The notes: generated by a model from the letters alone, not told the origin. A stretch of DNA of 64,000 nucleotides from Elusimicrobiota bacterium (GCA_016212885.1 JACRDO010000162.1:4985-68984); one strand, 5' to 3'; numbered from the stretch's first letter, positions 18,371 through 28,603 are shown. Program-made: numbers and translations.

Positions 18371-20233
18371 CTACCGGAGGGTGACGGTGAGATCGGAGTC
18401 GAAGGTGGGGGTCTGCTCCCGGTTCTGGCGGCGGGCTTCGTCCTGTACGCGGGGCTGCAGGTACTCGAAGAGGCTCTTGGTGGTGATCCGGCCCGACGCA
18501 TCCTTGGCCTCGCCATTCAATCCCTTGAGGAGGAAGTAGGTGAATATCCCGTGGGACGCCTCCTTGTAGGTCGTCGTGATCTCGTCGGCCGAGGCCGCCG
18601 TCAGGAGGGACAGCTTGCCGCCGTGCCTCTTCTCGATGTCCACCCGGGTGACGAGCGGCCGCGCGCCTTGGGCCAGCACGGACCGGCCGCCCGCGCCCGA
18701 GAAGCAGGCGTCGAGCAAGATCACGACCTCACCCGCCTGGAGCGCGGCCAGAGCGTTGTAGAGCCGCTTGACCGGGTAGGCTGTGTCCGAGAGGAAGCCC
18801 GGGTCCCCGTCCCAGGGGACCAGGAAGGCCTCCCCCGTCTTCGGGTCCGGCGCGCCGTGCCCGGAGTAATAGAAGAACACGCGGCTCGAGGGCTTCACGT
18901 TGCGCGGCAGCCAGGACTCGAGGTACTTCTTGAACGACGCGAAGCCCGCCTGCGCGCCGGCGAGGTGGATGATGTTGCGCCGCGGGACGCCCAGCGCCTC
19001 GATATGGGAGAGGACGGCCCCCGCGTCCCGCTCCGCGAAATCAGCCTTGGGGATGGTCGAGTAGCCCTCTATCCCGATCACCAACGCGAAGTCGTCTTCG
19101 CGCGGGGCGGCCTTGTATGCCGCAAGGACGGGTGAGGGCGCCGGCGGCGCCGGACGCTCCTCCGCGCGCGGCGCGTCGGCGCGCTGCCTCGCGGCCGATG
19201 CGACGGCGGCGGGCGGGGGCAGGCCGCGAATCCGCCAGGCGGAGATCTTTCCGTCATTGCCCGCCGCCGCAAGCCACTGCCCGTCGCGGCTGAGCGCGAC
19301 CGAGACGACCGCCGAGTCCTGCGGGAGGGCCGTGATCTCCGCCTTCCGGCCGACGTCCCAGAGGTGAACGGTTTTGTCCGGGCCGCCCGACGCGGCCAAA
19401 CGTCCGCCGTCGTCCAAGGCGACGGAGACGACCTCCTGCATGTGGCCGGAGAAGACGGCGAGCTCCTCGCCGGTCGAGGCGCTGCGCAGCTTCACGAGGT
19501 GGCTCCAGACGGGCGCTCCGGCGCGCGCGCGCCGGCTGCCTTCCCGGCTCTTGACTTCGGTGAGTCCCATCGCGAAGATGTCGGACCCCGCCGAGAAGGC
19601 GACGGAAACGACCTCCCCGTACCGGCTCGCGGACTCGCTCAGGGTCCTGCGCTCCTTCCTCCCGGCCACATCCCACAGGCGGACCGTCTTGTCGCCGCTC
19701 GCCGAGATGAGGCCCTGGCCGTCCGGAGTGAAGGTCAGCGCGAGGATCTTCCCCTCATGGCCCGTCAGCCGGCCCTGGCTCTTGCCGAACTTGACGTTCC
19801 AGAGCTCGATGGTCCCGCCGTCGTCCCCTGAGGCGACGGTCGCGCCGTCCGGGCTGAAGGCCACGGCCCCGACCGATTTGGAGAGCCCCGTGATCGACTG
19901 GACGGCCCGTCCGCTCGCGACCTCCCAGAGCATGACGGTCCGGTCGTCGGCTCCCGTGGCCAGCGTCCGCCCGTCGGGAGCGATCGCCGCGGCGCGGACA
20001 CGGCTTCGGTGCCCCTGGAGGGCGGCAAGCCGGGTCCCCTTATCGAGGTCCCAGACGGATATCGTTTTGTCGTCCCCGATGGACACGAGCCCGCCGGCGG
20101 GGCCGAACGCGAGCCCCCGGATGCCCCTGCCGGCCATCAGGACGTGCTGAAGGTCGCAGGAGATCGCGGACTCCTGCGAACCCAACGGGGCGGGGAGGCT
20201 TAGGGCGGCGAGGACCAGCCATACGGCGATCAT
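18371..20233 (-). CDS. Exported WD40-repeat protein with C-terminal caspase-like (peptidase C14) domain
   Basis: About 7 GH...D..V.LWD repeats; ALVIGI..Y, YYSGHG and LDACFSG (His-Cys dyad), HGIFT, QTP. Confidence 0.9.
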   Translation of the reverse strand: MIAVWLVLAALSLPAPLGSQESAISCDLQHVLMAGRGIRGLAFGPAGGLVSIGDDKTISVWDLDKGTRLAALQGHRSRVRAAAIAPDGRTLATGADDRTVMLWEVASGRAVQSITGLSKSVGAVAFSPDGATVASGDDGGTIELWNVKFGKSQGRLTGHEGKILALTFTPDGQGLISASGDKTVRLWDVAGRKERRTLSESASRYGEVVSVAFSAGSDIFAMGLTEVKSREGSRRARAGAPVWSHLVKLRSASTGEELAVFSGHMQEVVSVALDDGGRLAASGGPDKTVHLWDVGRKAEITALPQDSAVVSVALSRDGQWLAAAGNDGKISAWRIRGLPPPAAVASAARQRADAPRAEERPAPPAPSPVLAAYKAAPREDDFALVIGIEGYSTIPKADFAERDAGAVLSHIEALGVPRRNIIHLAGAQAGFASFKKYLESWLPRNVKPSSRVFFYYSGHGAPDPKTGEAFLVPWDGDPGFLSDTAYPVKRLYNALAALQAGEVVILLDACFSGAGGRSVLAQGARPLVTRVDIEKRHGGKLSLLTAASADEITTTYKEASHGIFTYFLLKGLNGEAKDASGRITTKSLFEYLQPRVQDEARRQNREQTPTFDSDLTVTLR

Positions 20234-20263
20234 AGCGCCCGGCCTCTTTCTGATGCGCGCGCC

Positions 20264-20824
20264 CTACGGAATGATCGCGCCAATATACTCGGCGATGATC
20301 CTTCCCATGTCGGAGGGCAATGTGCGGTCGCTGCTGCCCATCGTCCACGCGGCGCCCATGGCATTGTTGGCCGTCGAGAGCAGCTTTTCGCGCACCACCT
20401 CTCCGGTGGCGGCATCGGTGAGCGTCAACTGCACGCTCATGTCCGAACTGCCCACCATGGCCCCGAGCCAGAGCCGCGCGCCGCCGCTCACGATCCTCAT
20501 GTTGACGACCGAGCCTTTCAGGAGGAGGGCATTTTTGTAATTCGCGCCGGCCTTCGCCTTCGTCACCGTATCGAAGAGCCTTTTTGATATCAAGGCCGAC
20601 ATGGCGGAGCTCTCGCATTCAGACACCGCCTTGGGGTAGTCCGTCGCGAGCTTCGGATCTATCTCGAAATCCTGGAAGACGAGCTTCGAATACCGCTGCG
20701 TCAGGGGAACCTCTTTTTCCTGCACCCTGAGGGCCCGATTGCCCCCGCAGGCGGACAAGACCATCGCTCCCAACAGAACGGCCGCGGACAGGACCAGATT
20801 TCCGAATGAAGTCCTTGTATTCAT
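20264..20824 (-). CDS. DUF4410-like lipoprotein
   Basis: Lipobox LSAC; G..R.WLG.M.G...M.V...L.DA.TG pattern. Confidence 0.65.
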   Translation of the reverse strand: MNTRTSFGNLVLSAAVLLGAMVLSACGGNRALRVQEKEVPLTQRYSKLVFQDFEIDPKLATDYPKAVSECESSAMSALISKRLFDTVTKAKAGANYKNALLLKGSVVNMRIVSGGARLWLGAMVGSSDMSVQLTLTDAATGEVVREKLLSTANNAMGAAWTMGSSDRTLPSDMGRIIAEYIGAIIP

Positions 20825-20867
20825 GATAAGGCTCCTCCCCATTTTGGCCAGACGTACCGCGCGCAGC

Positions 20868-21530
20868 TCAATAATAATCCCCATCCCCGCCCCTAAATAA
20901 CCTGAAGGCGACGCCCAATTGGACCATCAAGCCGCTGAAATCCAGTTCATTGCGGTTCGCGACCCAGCCGTGATGGGTCGTCACCTTCAGGGGCGGCATG
21001 GCAAGATAGTCCAAGCTCGCCTGGAAGGAACACGTCTTCCCGACATTGAAGACCACGCCAAGCATGGGGCCCGTCCCGGGCTCGATGCTCACGTCGCCGG
21101 AATCGGATGATATCCCGGTCCATTGGGGCCTGATGTTCACGACGCTCAGATGCGGGCCGAGGGTGACGACCCGGCCGAGCTTGAACTTCAACGCCGCATC
21201 GCCGAAATAGAGGGGCCCGTAAAATGCCCCGACGAATCCGCCGGCGCCGCCGGTCAAGTCCAGGTAGGCGAAAGGCATCTCGATGCCCACCCCGATCTTC
21301 GTTGTCGGGGACCAGCTCATCCCGCTATTGACCGTATCCGTATAGCTATAGGAATACCACCCCCCATAGTACGACTTGCTGACATTGAAGCCCGTGAGAT
21401 TACTGCTGTTCAGGAAGTTCCCCGGCATGATGTCGAAGACCATGTTCACGCCCGCGAACGCCCTGCACGGAACAAGACATGCGGCCAGAGCGAGCGCGGA
21501 GATCGCCCAGGCTTTGTTGATCGCTTTCAT
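20868..21530 (-). CDS. Exported hypothetical protein, probable outer-membrane beta-barrel
   Basis: Signal peptide ending AFA; amphipathic beta strands; DFSG..VQLGVAF terminal strand. Confidence 0.6.
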   Translation of the reverse strand: MKAINKAWAISALALAACLVPCRAFAGVNMVFDIMPGNFLNSSNLTGFNVSKSYYGGWYSYSYTDTVNSGMSWSPTTKIGVGIEMPFAYLDLTGGAGGFVGAFYGPLYFGDAALKFKLGRVVTLGPHLSVVNIRPQWTGISSDSGDVSIEPGTGPMLGVVFNVGKTCSFQASLDYLAMPPLKVTTHHGWVANRNELDFSGLMVQLGVAFRLFRGGDGDYY

Positions 21531-21603
21531 TTTGCTCTCCCTTTAATAAGCACTCTGAGCCGAGGCCTGAGGCTGCGTGTCGCGCCATGCTACACAATTT
21601 CGC

Positions 21604-22839
21604 TCATTTATGCCATCTCTTGAAGATGAGAGAAGTGTTCACGCCGCCGAACGCGAAGTTGTTGGTCATCAAGTACTCGACCTGGAGCTCGCGGGGGGCG
21701 CCGATGACGTAGTCCAGCTTCCCGCAGCGCGGATCCACGTTCTTCAGATTGAGCGTGGGAGCGACCCATCCCTCCCGCATCATATGGACGGATATCCAGG
21801 CTTCCAGCGCGCCGCACGCGCCCAGCGTGTGCCCCATGTAGCTCTTCAAGGAGCTGATCGGCAGGCGCTCGCCGAATATCCGCTGCGTGGCCTGGCTTTC
21901 CGCGATGTCGCCGAGCTCCGTAGCGGTGCCGTGCGCGTTGACATAGCCGACGGCCGAAGGATCCAGCCGGGCATCCTCCAAGGCCAGGCGCATCGCCCGC
22001 TCCATCCCCTCGCTTGAGGGGTTCGTCATGTGCACCCCGTCGCAGTTGGTGGCGTAGCCTGCCAGCTCGGCGAGGATGGCCGCACCTCGGGCTTTGGCAT
22101 GGTCAAAGTCCTCCAGAACCAGAGTGGCCGAACCTTCGCCCACCACCAGGCCGTCCCGTTCCACGTCGAAGGGCCGCGGCGCGCAATGAGGCGTCTCGTT
22201 CTTGGTGGAGGTGGCGTACATGATGTCGAACACCACGGCGTCAATCACATGGAGTTCCTCCGCGCCGCCGCCCACCATGACGGCTTGTTTGCCGTACTTC
22301 ACGGACTCGTAGGCGTACCCGATGCCCTGGCTCCCGGCCGTGCAGGCCGAGCAGGTGGGGATCACCCGGCCCTTGATGCCGAAAAACTGGCCGAGGTTCG
22401 CGGCGCAGGTGTGGCTCATCAGTTGGATGTAGGTGACCGGCGAGACGCCCTTGACGCTCTTGTTGACATAGATCAGCCGGCAGTATTCCTCCATCGCGGG
22501 CGGGGAGCCGGAGGTGGACCCGAACGAGATCCCGGTCGATCCGTCGCTCAGGATGGGAGAATCCAGCAGCTTCGCTTCCATCAGCGCGAGCTCGGTGGAG
22601 CGCGCCGCCATCAGGGCCACCCGTCCCATGGTGCGGATCTTCTTGCGCGGGTAGTGGTCCGGCGCGGCGAAATCCGCCACCCGGCCTGCCAGCCGGGTCA
22701 GCATGCCCTCGACCCCGCCCCAATCCGGCATCGCGACGATGCCGGACTTCATCCCCCGCAGGTTCTCCCGCACCGTCGGCCAATCCTGCCCGAGCGGGCA
22801 GAGCCCCGCCATCCCAGTCACGACGACCCGTTTGGTCAC
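21604..22839 (-). CDS. Beta-ketoacyl-ACP synthase II-like (ApeR-like)
   Basis: GTG start VTKRVVVTG; SACTAG (Cys), NAHGTAT, KS..GH.LGA, NNFAFGG. Confidence 0.93.
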   Translation of the reverse strand: MTKRVVVTGMAGLCPLGQDWPTVRENLRGMKSGIVAMPDWGGVEGMLTRLAGRVADFAAPDHYPRKKIRTMGRVALMAARSTELALMEAKLLDSPILSDGSTGISFGSTSGSPPAMEEYCRLIYVNKSVKGVSPVTYIQLMSHTCAANLGQFFGIKGRVIPTCSACTAGSQGIGYAYESVKYGKQAVMVGGGAEELHVIDAVVFDIMYATSTKNETPHCAPRPFDVERDGLVVGEGSATLVLEDFDHAKARGAAILAELAGYATNCDGVHMTNPSSEGMERAMRLALEDARLDPSAVGYVNAHGTATELGDIAESQATQRIFGERLPISSLKSYMGHTLGACGALEAWISVHMMREGWVAPTLNLKNVDPRCGKLDYVIGAPRELQVEYLMTNNFAFGGVNTSLIFKRWHK

Positions 22840-23561
22840 AACATGCCCCCGTTCACGGAGATGCACTGGCCCGTAATATAGGCCGCTCCTTGAGAGAAGA
22901 GGAAGGCGACGGCGGCGGCCACCTCCTCCGGCTGGCCCACGCGATGCAGCGGGATGGCCTTCACGATTGAATCCAGCGGCAGCCCATCGATCATCTCGGT
23001 CTCGATGAGGCCCGGTGCGACGCAGTTGACGGTGATCTGCCGCTTCCCCAGCTCCCTGGAGAGCGCCTTGGCCGCGCCGATGATCCCCGCCTTGGCCGCG
23101 CTGTAGTTGACCTGGCCGCGGTTGCCCGCGATCCCGGACAGCGATGACATGGCGACGATGCGCCCGCCCTGCTTTGCGCGAACCATTTCCATGGCGAGCG
23201 GCGAGAGGACGTTGAAGAACCCGTCGAGGTTCGTCCGCAGGACTATGTCCCATTGCTCGCCGGTAAGCGCGGGGAACGGCGCGTCCGCGATGGCGCCGGC
23301 GTTGCACACGACGCCCCAGAAGACGCCGCGGCGCTGGATGTCTTCGGCCAGCGCACGACGCGTCCCTGGGCGGTCGCAGACGTCGAAGGGCAGGAGACTC
23401 CCGGAACCGCCGCCGGCCAGGATGCGCGCGAGAGCCTCGTTCGCCGCGGCCTGGCTGCTCTTGTAGTTGACCGCCACATCGAATCCGTCGGCCGCCAAGC
23501 GCAGGGCGGTGGCGAGCCCGATGCCGCGGCTTGCGCCCGTGACCAGAACTCTTCTCTTCAA
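22836..23561 (-). CDS. fabG: 3-oxoacyl-ACP reductase (ApeQ-like)
   Basis: TGASRGIG, CNAG, YSAAK, APGLIETEM SDR motifs. Confidence 0.92.
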   Translation of the reverse strand: MKRRVLVTGASRGIGLATALRLAADGFDVAVNYKSSQAAANEALARILAGGGSGSLLPFDVCDRPGTRRALAEDIQRRGVFWGVVCNAGAIADAPFPALTGEQWDIVLRTNLDGFFNVLSPLAMEMVRAKQGGRIVAMSSLSGIAGNRGQVNYSAAKAGIIGAAKALSRELGKRQITVNCVAPGLIETEMIDGLPLDSIVKAIPLHRVGQPEEVAAAVAFLFSQGAAYITGQCISVNGGML

Positions 23562-24025
23562 AGCTCGCTCTCCTCAAGGAACCGCTCGATCTCCTTGGGC
23601 CGATACAGGTTCAACTGAGCGGCGACGAGCGTCCGCCGGGTTACGGCGTCCTGAACCGAACAATCGAAGACGAACAACTCCCCCTCCCCCCAGACGCGCC
23701 GCGCCGACACGTGCAGCGTCTGCCCCGGGGTGAAGCCCCGCGTCCGGATGTCGACGCGCCGCGAACCCAGCAGAAAGCCGACACTGGGCCCTACGCCGCG
23801 GGCCCGGTCGGCCATCCCGGCGTGGGCGGCCACGGCCTGCGCCATGTATTCCAGGCCGACCCAGGCCGGGACTTCCCCGTCCTCCAGGAACATCGACTCC
23901 GGGGTGAGAACCGCATCGCAGACGGTCCCCTGCGCGTCATGGCTGATGACGCGGCGCAAGAGCACCATGCGGCCGGAATGCGGCACGACGTCCCTTGCCT
24001 CTACCGGGGGTGTAAGAGTGTCCAT
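23558..24025 (-). CDS. Hotdog-fold 3-hydroxyacyl-ACP dehydratase (ApeP-like)
   Basis: VPHSGRMVLL, PAWVGLEYMAQAVAA, GFLLGSR. Confidence 0.9.
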   Translation of the reverse strand: MDTLTPPVEARDVVPHSGRMVLLRRVISHDAQGTVCDAVLTPESMFLEDGEVPAWVGLEYMAQAVAAHAGMADRARGVGPSVGFLLGSRRVDIRTRGFTPGQTLHVSARRVWGEGELFVFDCSVQDAVTRRTLVAAQLNLYRPKEIERFLEESEL

Positions 24026-24780
24026 TGCCAGCGCCTTTGCCCGATGCGCATCTCAAGCGCGTCCTGCCCGCCGACGTGCCAGCGCAGGAAGTCCAGCGCG
24101 GGTATCCCGATCGTCCCGTCCGACCCTGCGCCGTCTCCGCCTGCCGGCCCGCCGAATCCCAGGGCGACCCGGCCTGAGCCCGGCTCCCCTTCGGCCTCCA
24201 GGAGCAGGGCCACGGAATACGGGATGCAGCGCCCTCCGACCAGTCCGTTGAACGGTTCCGGGAGGACGTCCTCCACGGCGACGAGCAGGACCGGCCGGGC
24301 CGGGTCATGCCTCAACATGCCGGCCGCGTCCAGGAAACCGTAGCAGAACGAGGCCTCGCCTCCGGCGATGGACCGGGAGGCCTGGCGGTTCTTCGCCACG
24401 AGACCCCAGTACCCGGCAGCGGTGTGATGCACCGAATTGGTGAAATCGGCAGGCAGGAGCGTGTCTTTCTCGCTGAGCGCCTTCAAGAGGCGCGCCATCA
24501 CCGCCATGTCTCCATGCCGGGATGCGACGACCAGGCGCACCGCGTCGCAGGGCGCCCCCGCGTCCCGGCAGCACGAGTAGGCGGTGTTGAGCGCCATGCG
24601 GTTGAAGCGGCTCATGCGGCGGCCCAGCATGGGGGCGATGAACCCCACGTCGGGGGCGCCGTCGAGCGGGATTTCCCCGGGGGACTTCAGGAACCCGAGC
24701 CATTTCGACTTATCGCTCAGACCAGGCGCCCAGGCGGCCCACTCACGCACTGAGACCGGGGGGACGCCCGCAGCTACCAC
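24001..24780 (-). CDS. Ketosynthase chain-length factor (ApeC-like)
   Basis: GTG start with GGAGG RBS; WAAWAPG, RRMS, ASRHGD, P..F.NSVH motifs. Confidence 0.88.
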   Translation of the reverse strand: MVAAGVPPVSVREWAAWAPGLSDKSKWLGFLKSPGEIPLDGAPDVGFIAPMLGRRMSRFNRMALNTAYSCCRDAGAPCDAVRLVVASRHGDMAVMARLLKALSEKDTLLPADFTNSVHHTAAGYWGLVAKNRQASRSIAGGEASFCYGFLDAAGMLRHDPARPVLLVAVEDVLPEPFNGLVGGRCIPYSVALLLEAEGEPGSGRVALGFGGPAGGDGAGSDGTIGIPALDFLRWHVGGQDALEMRIGQRRWQWTLLHPR

Positions 24781-25994
24781 CGTTGCCTCCCTATGACCAC
24801 TGAGCAGTTGCTGCCGCCGAAGCCGAACGAATTGCTCATGAACGCGCGTCCCGCGCCGGTCTCGAGGAATTGGCCGGGCTTCGTCAGGGCGAGCGCGCAG
24901 AGGGCCGAGTCTTTCTCGCCGTCCCAGCAATGGGGCGGCAGGAGGATCTTCCCGTCGATGGGACTGGCCAGGGCGAGCCAGCAGAAACCGACCTCCATGG
25001 CGCCGGCTGCCCCCAGCGTATGCCCGATCAGCGGCTTGGTCGAACTCGCCGGCACTCCGGGCAGTATCCGTGAGACCGCCTTGCTCTCCATCTTGTCGTT
25101 GAGCTCCGTCCCCGTCCCATGTAGGTTGATGTAGTCGATGGCGCCGGCCTCCAAGCCCGCGTCCGCCAGCGCGGCGGCCATGGCCGCCGCCGCGCCGACC
25201 CCTTCCGGATCGGGGGCGGACATATGGTGGGCGTCGGAGGACTCTCCGACGCCCAGGAGCTGGATCCCGCCTTCGGCTCGGGTTAGAAGGAACAGCGCCG
25301 CCCCCTCCCCGACGTTGAACCCGCGGCGGTTGCGGCTCATGGAGTTGCACGGCGACTGCGAAGTCGCCTGCAGGGAGCCGAAGCCCTGGACGGTCAGCCG
25401 GCATAGGGAATCCGCGCCCCCCGTCATGACCGCGTCGCAGAGCCCCATCTCCAGCAGCGCCTGCGCGCAGGAGAAGACCTTGGCGCTGGAGGAACAGGCG
25501 GTCGAGAGGGTATAGGCCGGGCCCGAGACCCCGCAGCACTCGGCCAGGAAGAGCGCCAGTCCGCCCAACTCGTGCTGGGAGTAGGAGTAATCCGCGGGCG
25601 CCAGCCCCGTCTCCCGCCACGACGCATAGGCGGCCTCCGAGGCCGCGACTCCCGATGTGCTGGAGCCCATGACCACGCCGACGCGGGCGGGCCCGTGCTC
25701 CCGGACCGCGGCGCGCACCTCCGCCTCGATCTGCCGCAGCGCGCACAGGGCGAGCGAATTGTTGCGGCAGCGATAGCGCCTCAGGCCGTCCGGCACCTGG
25801 GGAAGCGCGGCGTCCACCCGTCCGACGCGGACCGACTGGCCGGGGAAGAGTTCCTCGTCCATGACCAGGGAGCCCTGGTCGCCTTGCGCCAGCCGGGTCC
25901 AGATCGTCCTGGTGTCCGACCCCAGCGAGTTCACCATCCCAAGGGCGGACAAGCGGCTGATGCCGCGCCCCGTCGCTTCCGTCCTGGGCCTCAC
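24774..25994 (-). CDS. Beta-ketoacyl-ACP synthase (ApeO-like)
   Basis: CRNN.L, GSSTSG, STACSSSAK, NLHGTGT..ND.ME, KP..GHTLGAAG, SFGFGG. Confidence 0.93.
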   Translation of the reverse strand: MRPRTEATGRGISRLSALGMVNSLGSDTRTIWTRLAQGDQGSLVMDEELFPGQSVRVGRVDAALPQVPDGLRRYRCRNNSLALCALRQIEAEVRAAVREHGPARVGVVMGSSTSGVAASEAAYASWRETGLAPADYSYSQHELGGLALFLAECCGVSGPAYTLSTACSSSAKVFSCAQALLEMGLCDAVMTGGADSLCRLTVQGFGSLQATSQSPCNSMSRNRRGFNVGEGAALFLLTRAEGGIQLLGVGESSDAHHMSAPDPEGVGAAAAMAAALADAGLEAGAIDYINLHGTGTELNDKMESKAVSRILPGVPASSTKPLIGHTLGAAGAMEVGFCWLALASPIDGKILLPPHCWDGEKDSALCALALTKPGQFLETGAGRAFMSNSFGFGGSNCSVVIGRQRW

Positions 25995-27556
25995 GGCCGC
26001 CCCCCCTCGTAGAGCCTCCAGGACTTGGCCCGCGCCTGCTCAAGGAGCCAGCGCAGATCCTCGTCCATGGGGCGATCCTCTTCGAGGAAGGGGACGTTCC
26101 GGCGCACCGCGGCGCTGAGTTCGCGGGCCTCTTCCGACAGCAGGCCCGGATCCAACTCGGCCCTCCGGGTCCGGATGTCCAGCCCCTGCAGGGCGCCCAG
26201 CAGCGCGGCCACCGCCACCTGCTCGCAAAGATCGAGGACGCGCAGACAGTCCCGGGCGGCGATGGTCCCCAGGCTGACCTTGTCCTGGTTATGGGACTCG
26301 GTCGAACGCGAGAAGACGCTGGCGGGCATGGCCAGCTTCAGGGCCTCGGCGGCCCAAGCGGAGGTTCCGATCTGCAGGGCTTTGAAGCCGTGATTGATGG
26401 GCGCCCGCTCGGCGGATGCCCCCGAAATGTTCGGCGGCAGGCCGTGGCTGGTCCGCGGATCGACCAGGAGCGCCATCTGGCGGTCCATAAGGTCAGCCAG
26501 GTTCGCCACAGCGGTCTTCATGCAGTCCATGACGAAGGCGATATGCCCGCCGTAGAAATTTCCCCCATGCAGGATCGTCCGGTTCGGGCCGTCGACGATA
26601 GGGTTGTCGTTGACGCTGTTGAGCTCCGTCTCGATCTGCCGGCGCATCCAGGGCATCGCGTCCGCCAGCACGCCGATGATGTGAGGCGCGCATCGGATAG
26701 AGTAGCTGTCCTGAAGCCGGCGGCCAGCGGCTTCGCCGCCCTTGTCGAGGCAGCGCTGCAGGTCCGTCCGGATCCACGCCGCGACCTGGGCCGGGCCCGG
26801 GTGGCCCTTCAGCTCGAAGAGACGCGCGTCGAACTGACCCGGGTTCCCCTTCAGGGCGATGGCGGCGAAGGCCGTGATCCGGCTCGCCAAGCGAGCGAGG
26901 TAGGAGGCCCGGTCGAAGGCGAGGCAGGCCAGGGCGGTCATCACGCTCGTCCCGTTCATGACTGCCAATCCTTCCTTGGGCGCGAGCTTCAGCGGCTGCC
27001 GCCCTATCTCCCGATGGACGTCGGCCGCGCTCCGGCGCCGGCCCTCATAGACCACATCGCGTTCGCCGATCAAAGCCGCGGCCACGTAGGACAGGGGCGT
27101 CAGGTCCCCGCTGGCGCCCACCGAGCCTTCCTCCGGGATCAGGGGCAGGATCGGCCGGTTGATGAAATCCGCCAGGCGCTCGAGGAGCACCCAGCGCACC
27201 CCGGAATAGCCCCGGGCGAGGGAGGCGAGCCTGGCCGCGAGGATGGCCCGGGTCGCGGGCTCGTCGAACATCCGCCCCAGCCCGCAGCCGTGATACCGCG
27301 TTATTTGCCGCGGCAGCTCCTCCACGAGCGCGTTGGGGATCCTGCGGTCCAGGGAAAAGCCGTACCCCGTGTTCACCCCGTAGACGCTCGCGTTCCCCCG
27401 CCACAGGTCGTCGACGAACTCCACCCCGCGGTCCACCCGCTCGCGCCACTGCGGGTCGTCGGAGAGCGACACCCGGGCGCCCCCCGTGGCCAAGGCCAGG
27501 ATGTCTTCTATCGTCCAACTCCCGCCGCCGGCGATGACGTCGCGCTCCGAACTCAC
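25991..27556 (-). CDS. Aromatic amino acid ammonia-lyase (HAL/PAL/TAL family, MIO enzyme)
   Basis: YGVNTGYG, GSVGASGDL (ASG MIO), KEGLA.MNG, QDSYSIRC, HGGNF, NQDKVS. Confidence 0.94.
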   Translation of the reverse strand: MSSERDVIAGGGSWTIEDILALATGGARVSLSDDPQWRERVDRGVEFVDDLWRGNASVYGVNTGYGFSLDRRIPNALVEELPRQITRYHGCGLGRMFDEPATRAILAARLASLARGYSGVRWVLLERLADFINRPILPLIPEEGSVGASGDLTPLSYVAAALIGERDVVYEGRRRSAADVHREIGRQPLKLAPKEGLAVMNGTSVMTALACLAFDRASYLARLASRITAFAAIALKGNPGQFDARLFELKGHPGPAQVAAWIRTDLQRCLDKGGEAAGRRLQDSYSIRCAPHIIGVLADAMPWMRRQIETELNSVNDNPIVDGPNRTILHGGNFYGGHIAFVMDCMKTAVANLADLMDRQMALLVDPRTSHGLPPNISGASAERAPINHGFKALQIGTSAWAAEALKLAMPASVFSRSTESHNQDKVSLGTIAARDCLRVLDLCEQVAVAALLGALQGLDIRTRRAELDPGLLSEEARELSAAVRRNVPFLEEDRPMDEDLRWLLEQARAKSWRLYEGGRP

Positions 27557-28554
27557 GTTCGTCCACCCCAGAAATCATAGAAATTGAACCACTGATAAGG
27601 CGCTTTGCGGCAGTAGAACTCCAGCCGCAGGGCATACCGCCGCAGGAGATAGTCGAGCCGCTCATCGCGCGACCGGCGCGGCAGCACGATGCGGTCGGCA
27701 AACTCCTCCGCGTAGAGTTCATATGTCCGGTCTCCGGTCCGCAGCCCGAAGGTCAGCATGACCGGGCACTCCAGCAGACTCGCCAGGATCAACGGGCCCT
27801 GGGGGAAGGCGGCCTCCCGCCCCAGGAAGGGGATCCAGGATGTCCGCTCATGCCTCCCTCCGCTCTTGGGTCCGACCCGATCTCCGTGTATGGCGATCAA
27901 TTCGCCTCGCCGGATGCATTGCAGGAGCTCGAAGACCGTCTCAACGCTGGAGGGAGCGTATTCCACGATGCGGATGTTCCCCTGGCTGTGAAGCCGCTTG
28001 AGCTCGGTGGAGATGTTCCGGGAATTGCCGCGGAACATCAGGGCGTTGATGGTGATCCCCAGCCTCTCCGCGAGGATCCGCATGACGTCGATGCTGCCCA
28101 GATGCGCGCCGAGCAGAACCGCTCCCCGCTTCTCGCGCGCCAGACGTTCCAGCAGGTCGTGCCCATGTCGGGAGAACACGTAGTCGCGGGTCTCGCCGCT
28201 GATGATGGCCGGCCGGTCCAGGATCATCCGCGCGAACTCCAGGAAATGCCTGAAAACGTGCCGCCAGGTGGGCGCTCCGGGGCCGGGCATCGAGTCGGGG
28301 TGCTCCAATCTCAGACGCAGGAAATAATCCAGGGAAGCGCGGCGTTCCCGGGCATGCCGCAGGAAGAAATACGCCACGATGGGATAGAGCAGCGCCGCAG
28401 CGACGCGCCGGCCGCAGAGGCGGTAGGTCCACAACATGAAGGTTATTCCCCACCGGGAGCCCTTCTCTCCCAGATGGTACCATCGCGGCGCCTGGCCCGC
28501 GCGGGTCTGCGCAGCCGACTTCGACCTCGGCTCGCCGCTCAGGGTGGCGGTCAT
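27553..28554 (-). CDS. LpxL-like acyltransferase (C-terminal half of ApeJ-type proteins)
   Basis: W....EKGS..G, AHLGSID (HxxxxD), GDR, FLG..A.FPQGP, PYQWFNFYDFW. Confidence 0.88.
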   Translation of the reverse strand: MTATLSGEPRSKSAAQTRAGQAPRWYHLGEKGSRWGITFMLWTYRLCGRRVAAALLYPIVAYFFLRHARERRASLDYFLRLRLEHPDSMPGPGAPTWRHVFRHFLEFARMILDRPAIISGETRDYVFSRHGHDLLERLAREKRGAVLLGAHLGSIDVMRILAERLGITINALMFRGNSRNISTELKRLHSQGNIRIVEYAPSSVETVFELLQCIRRGELIAIHGDRVGPKSGGRHERTSWIPFLGREAAFPQGPLILASLLECPVMLTFGLRTGDRTYELYAEEFADRIVLPRRSRDERLDYLLRRYALRLEFYCRKAPYQWFNFYDFWGGRT

Positions 28555-28603
28555 GACCGCCTCCTTATGGCCCGGTCACAGCCATCCCTTCCGCCAGGCT
28601 CAG

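Noticed and set aside
21604..23577. 657-aa ORF as a long KAS fusion
   Set aside because: The N-terminal extension is an Arg-rich alternative frame of fabG. The real KAS starts at GTG 22839.
24001..26043. 680-aa ORF
   Set aside because: The upstream part is an off-frame read of the KAS gene. Only 24001-24780 (CLF) has motifs and an RBS.
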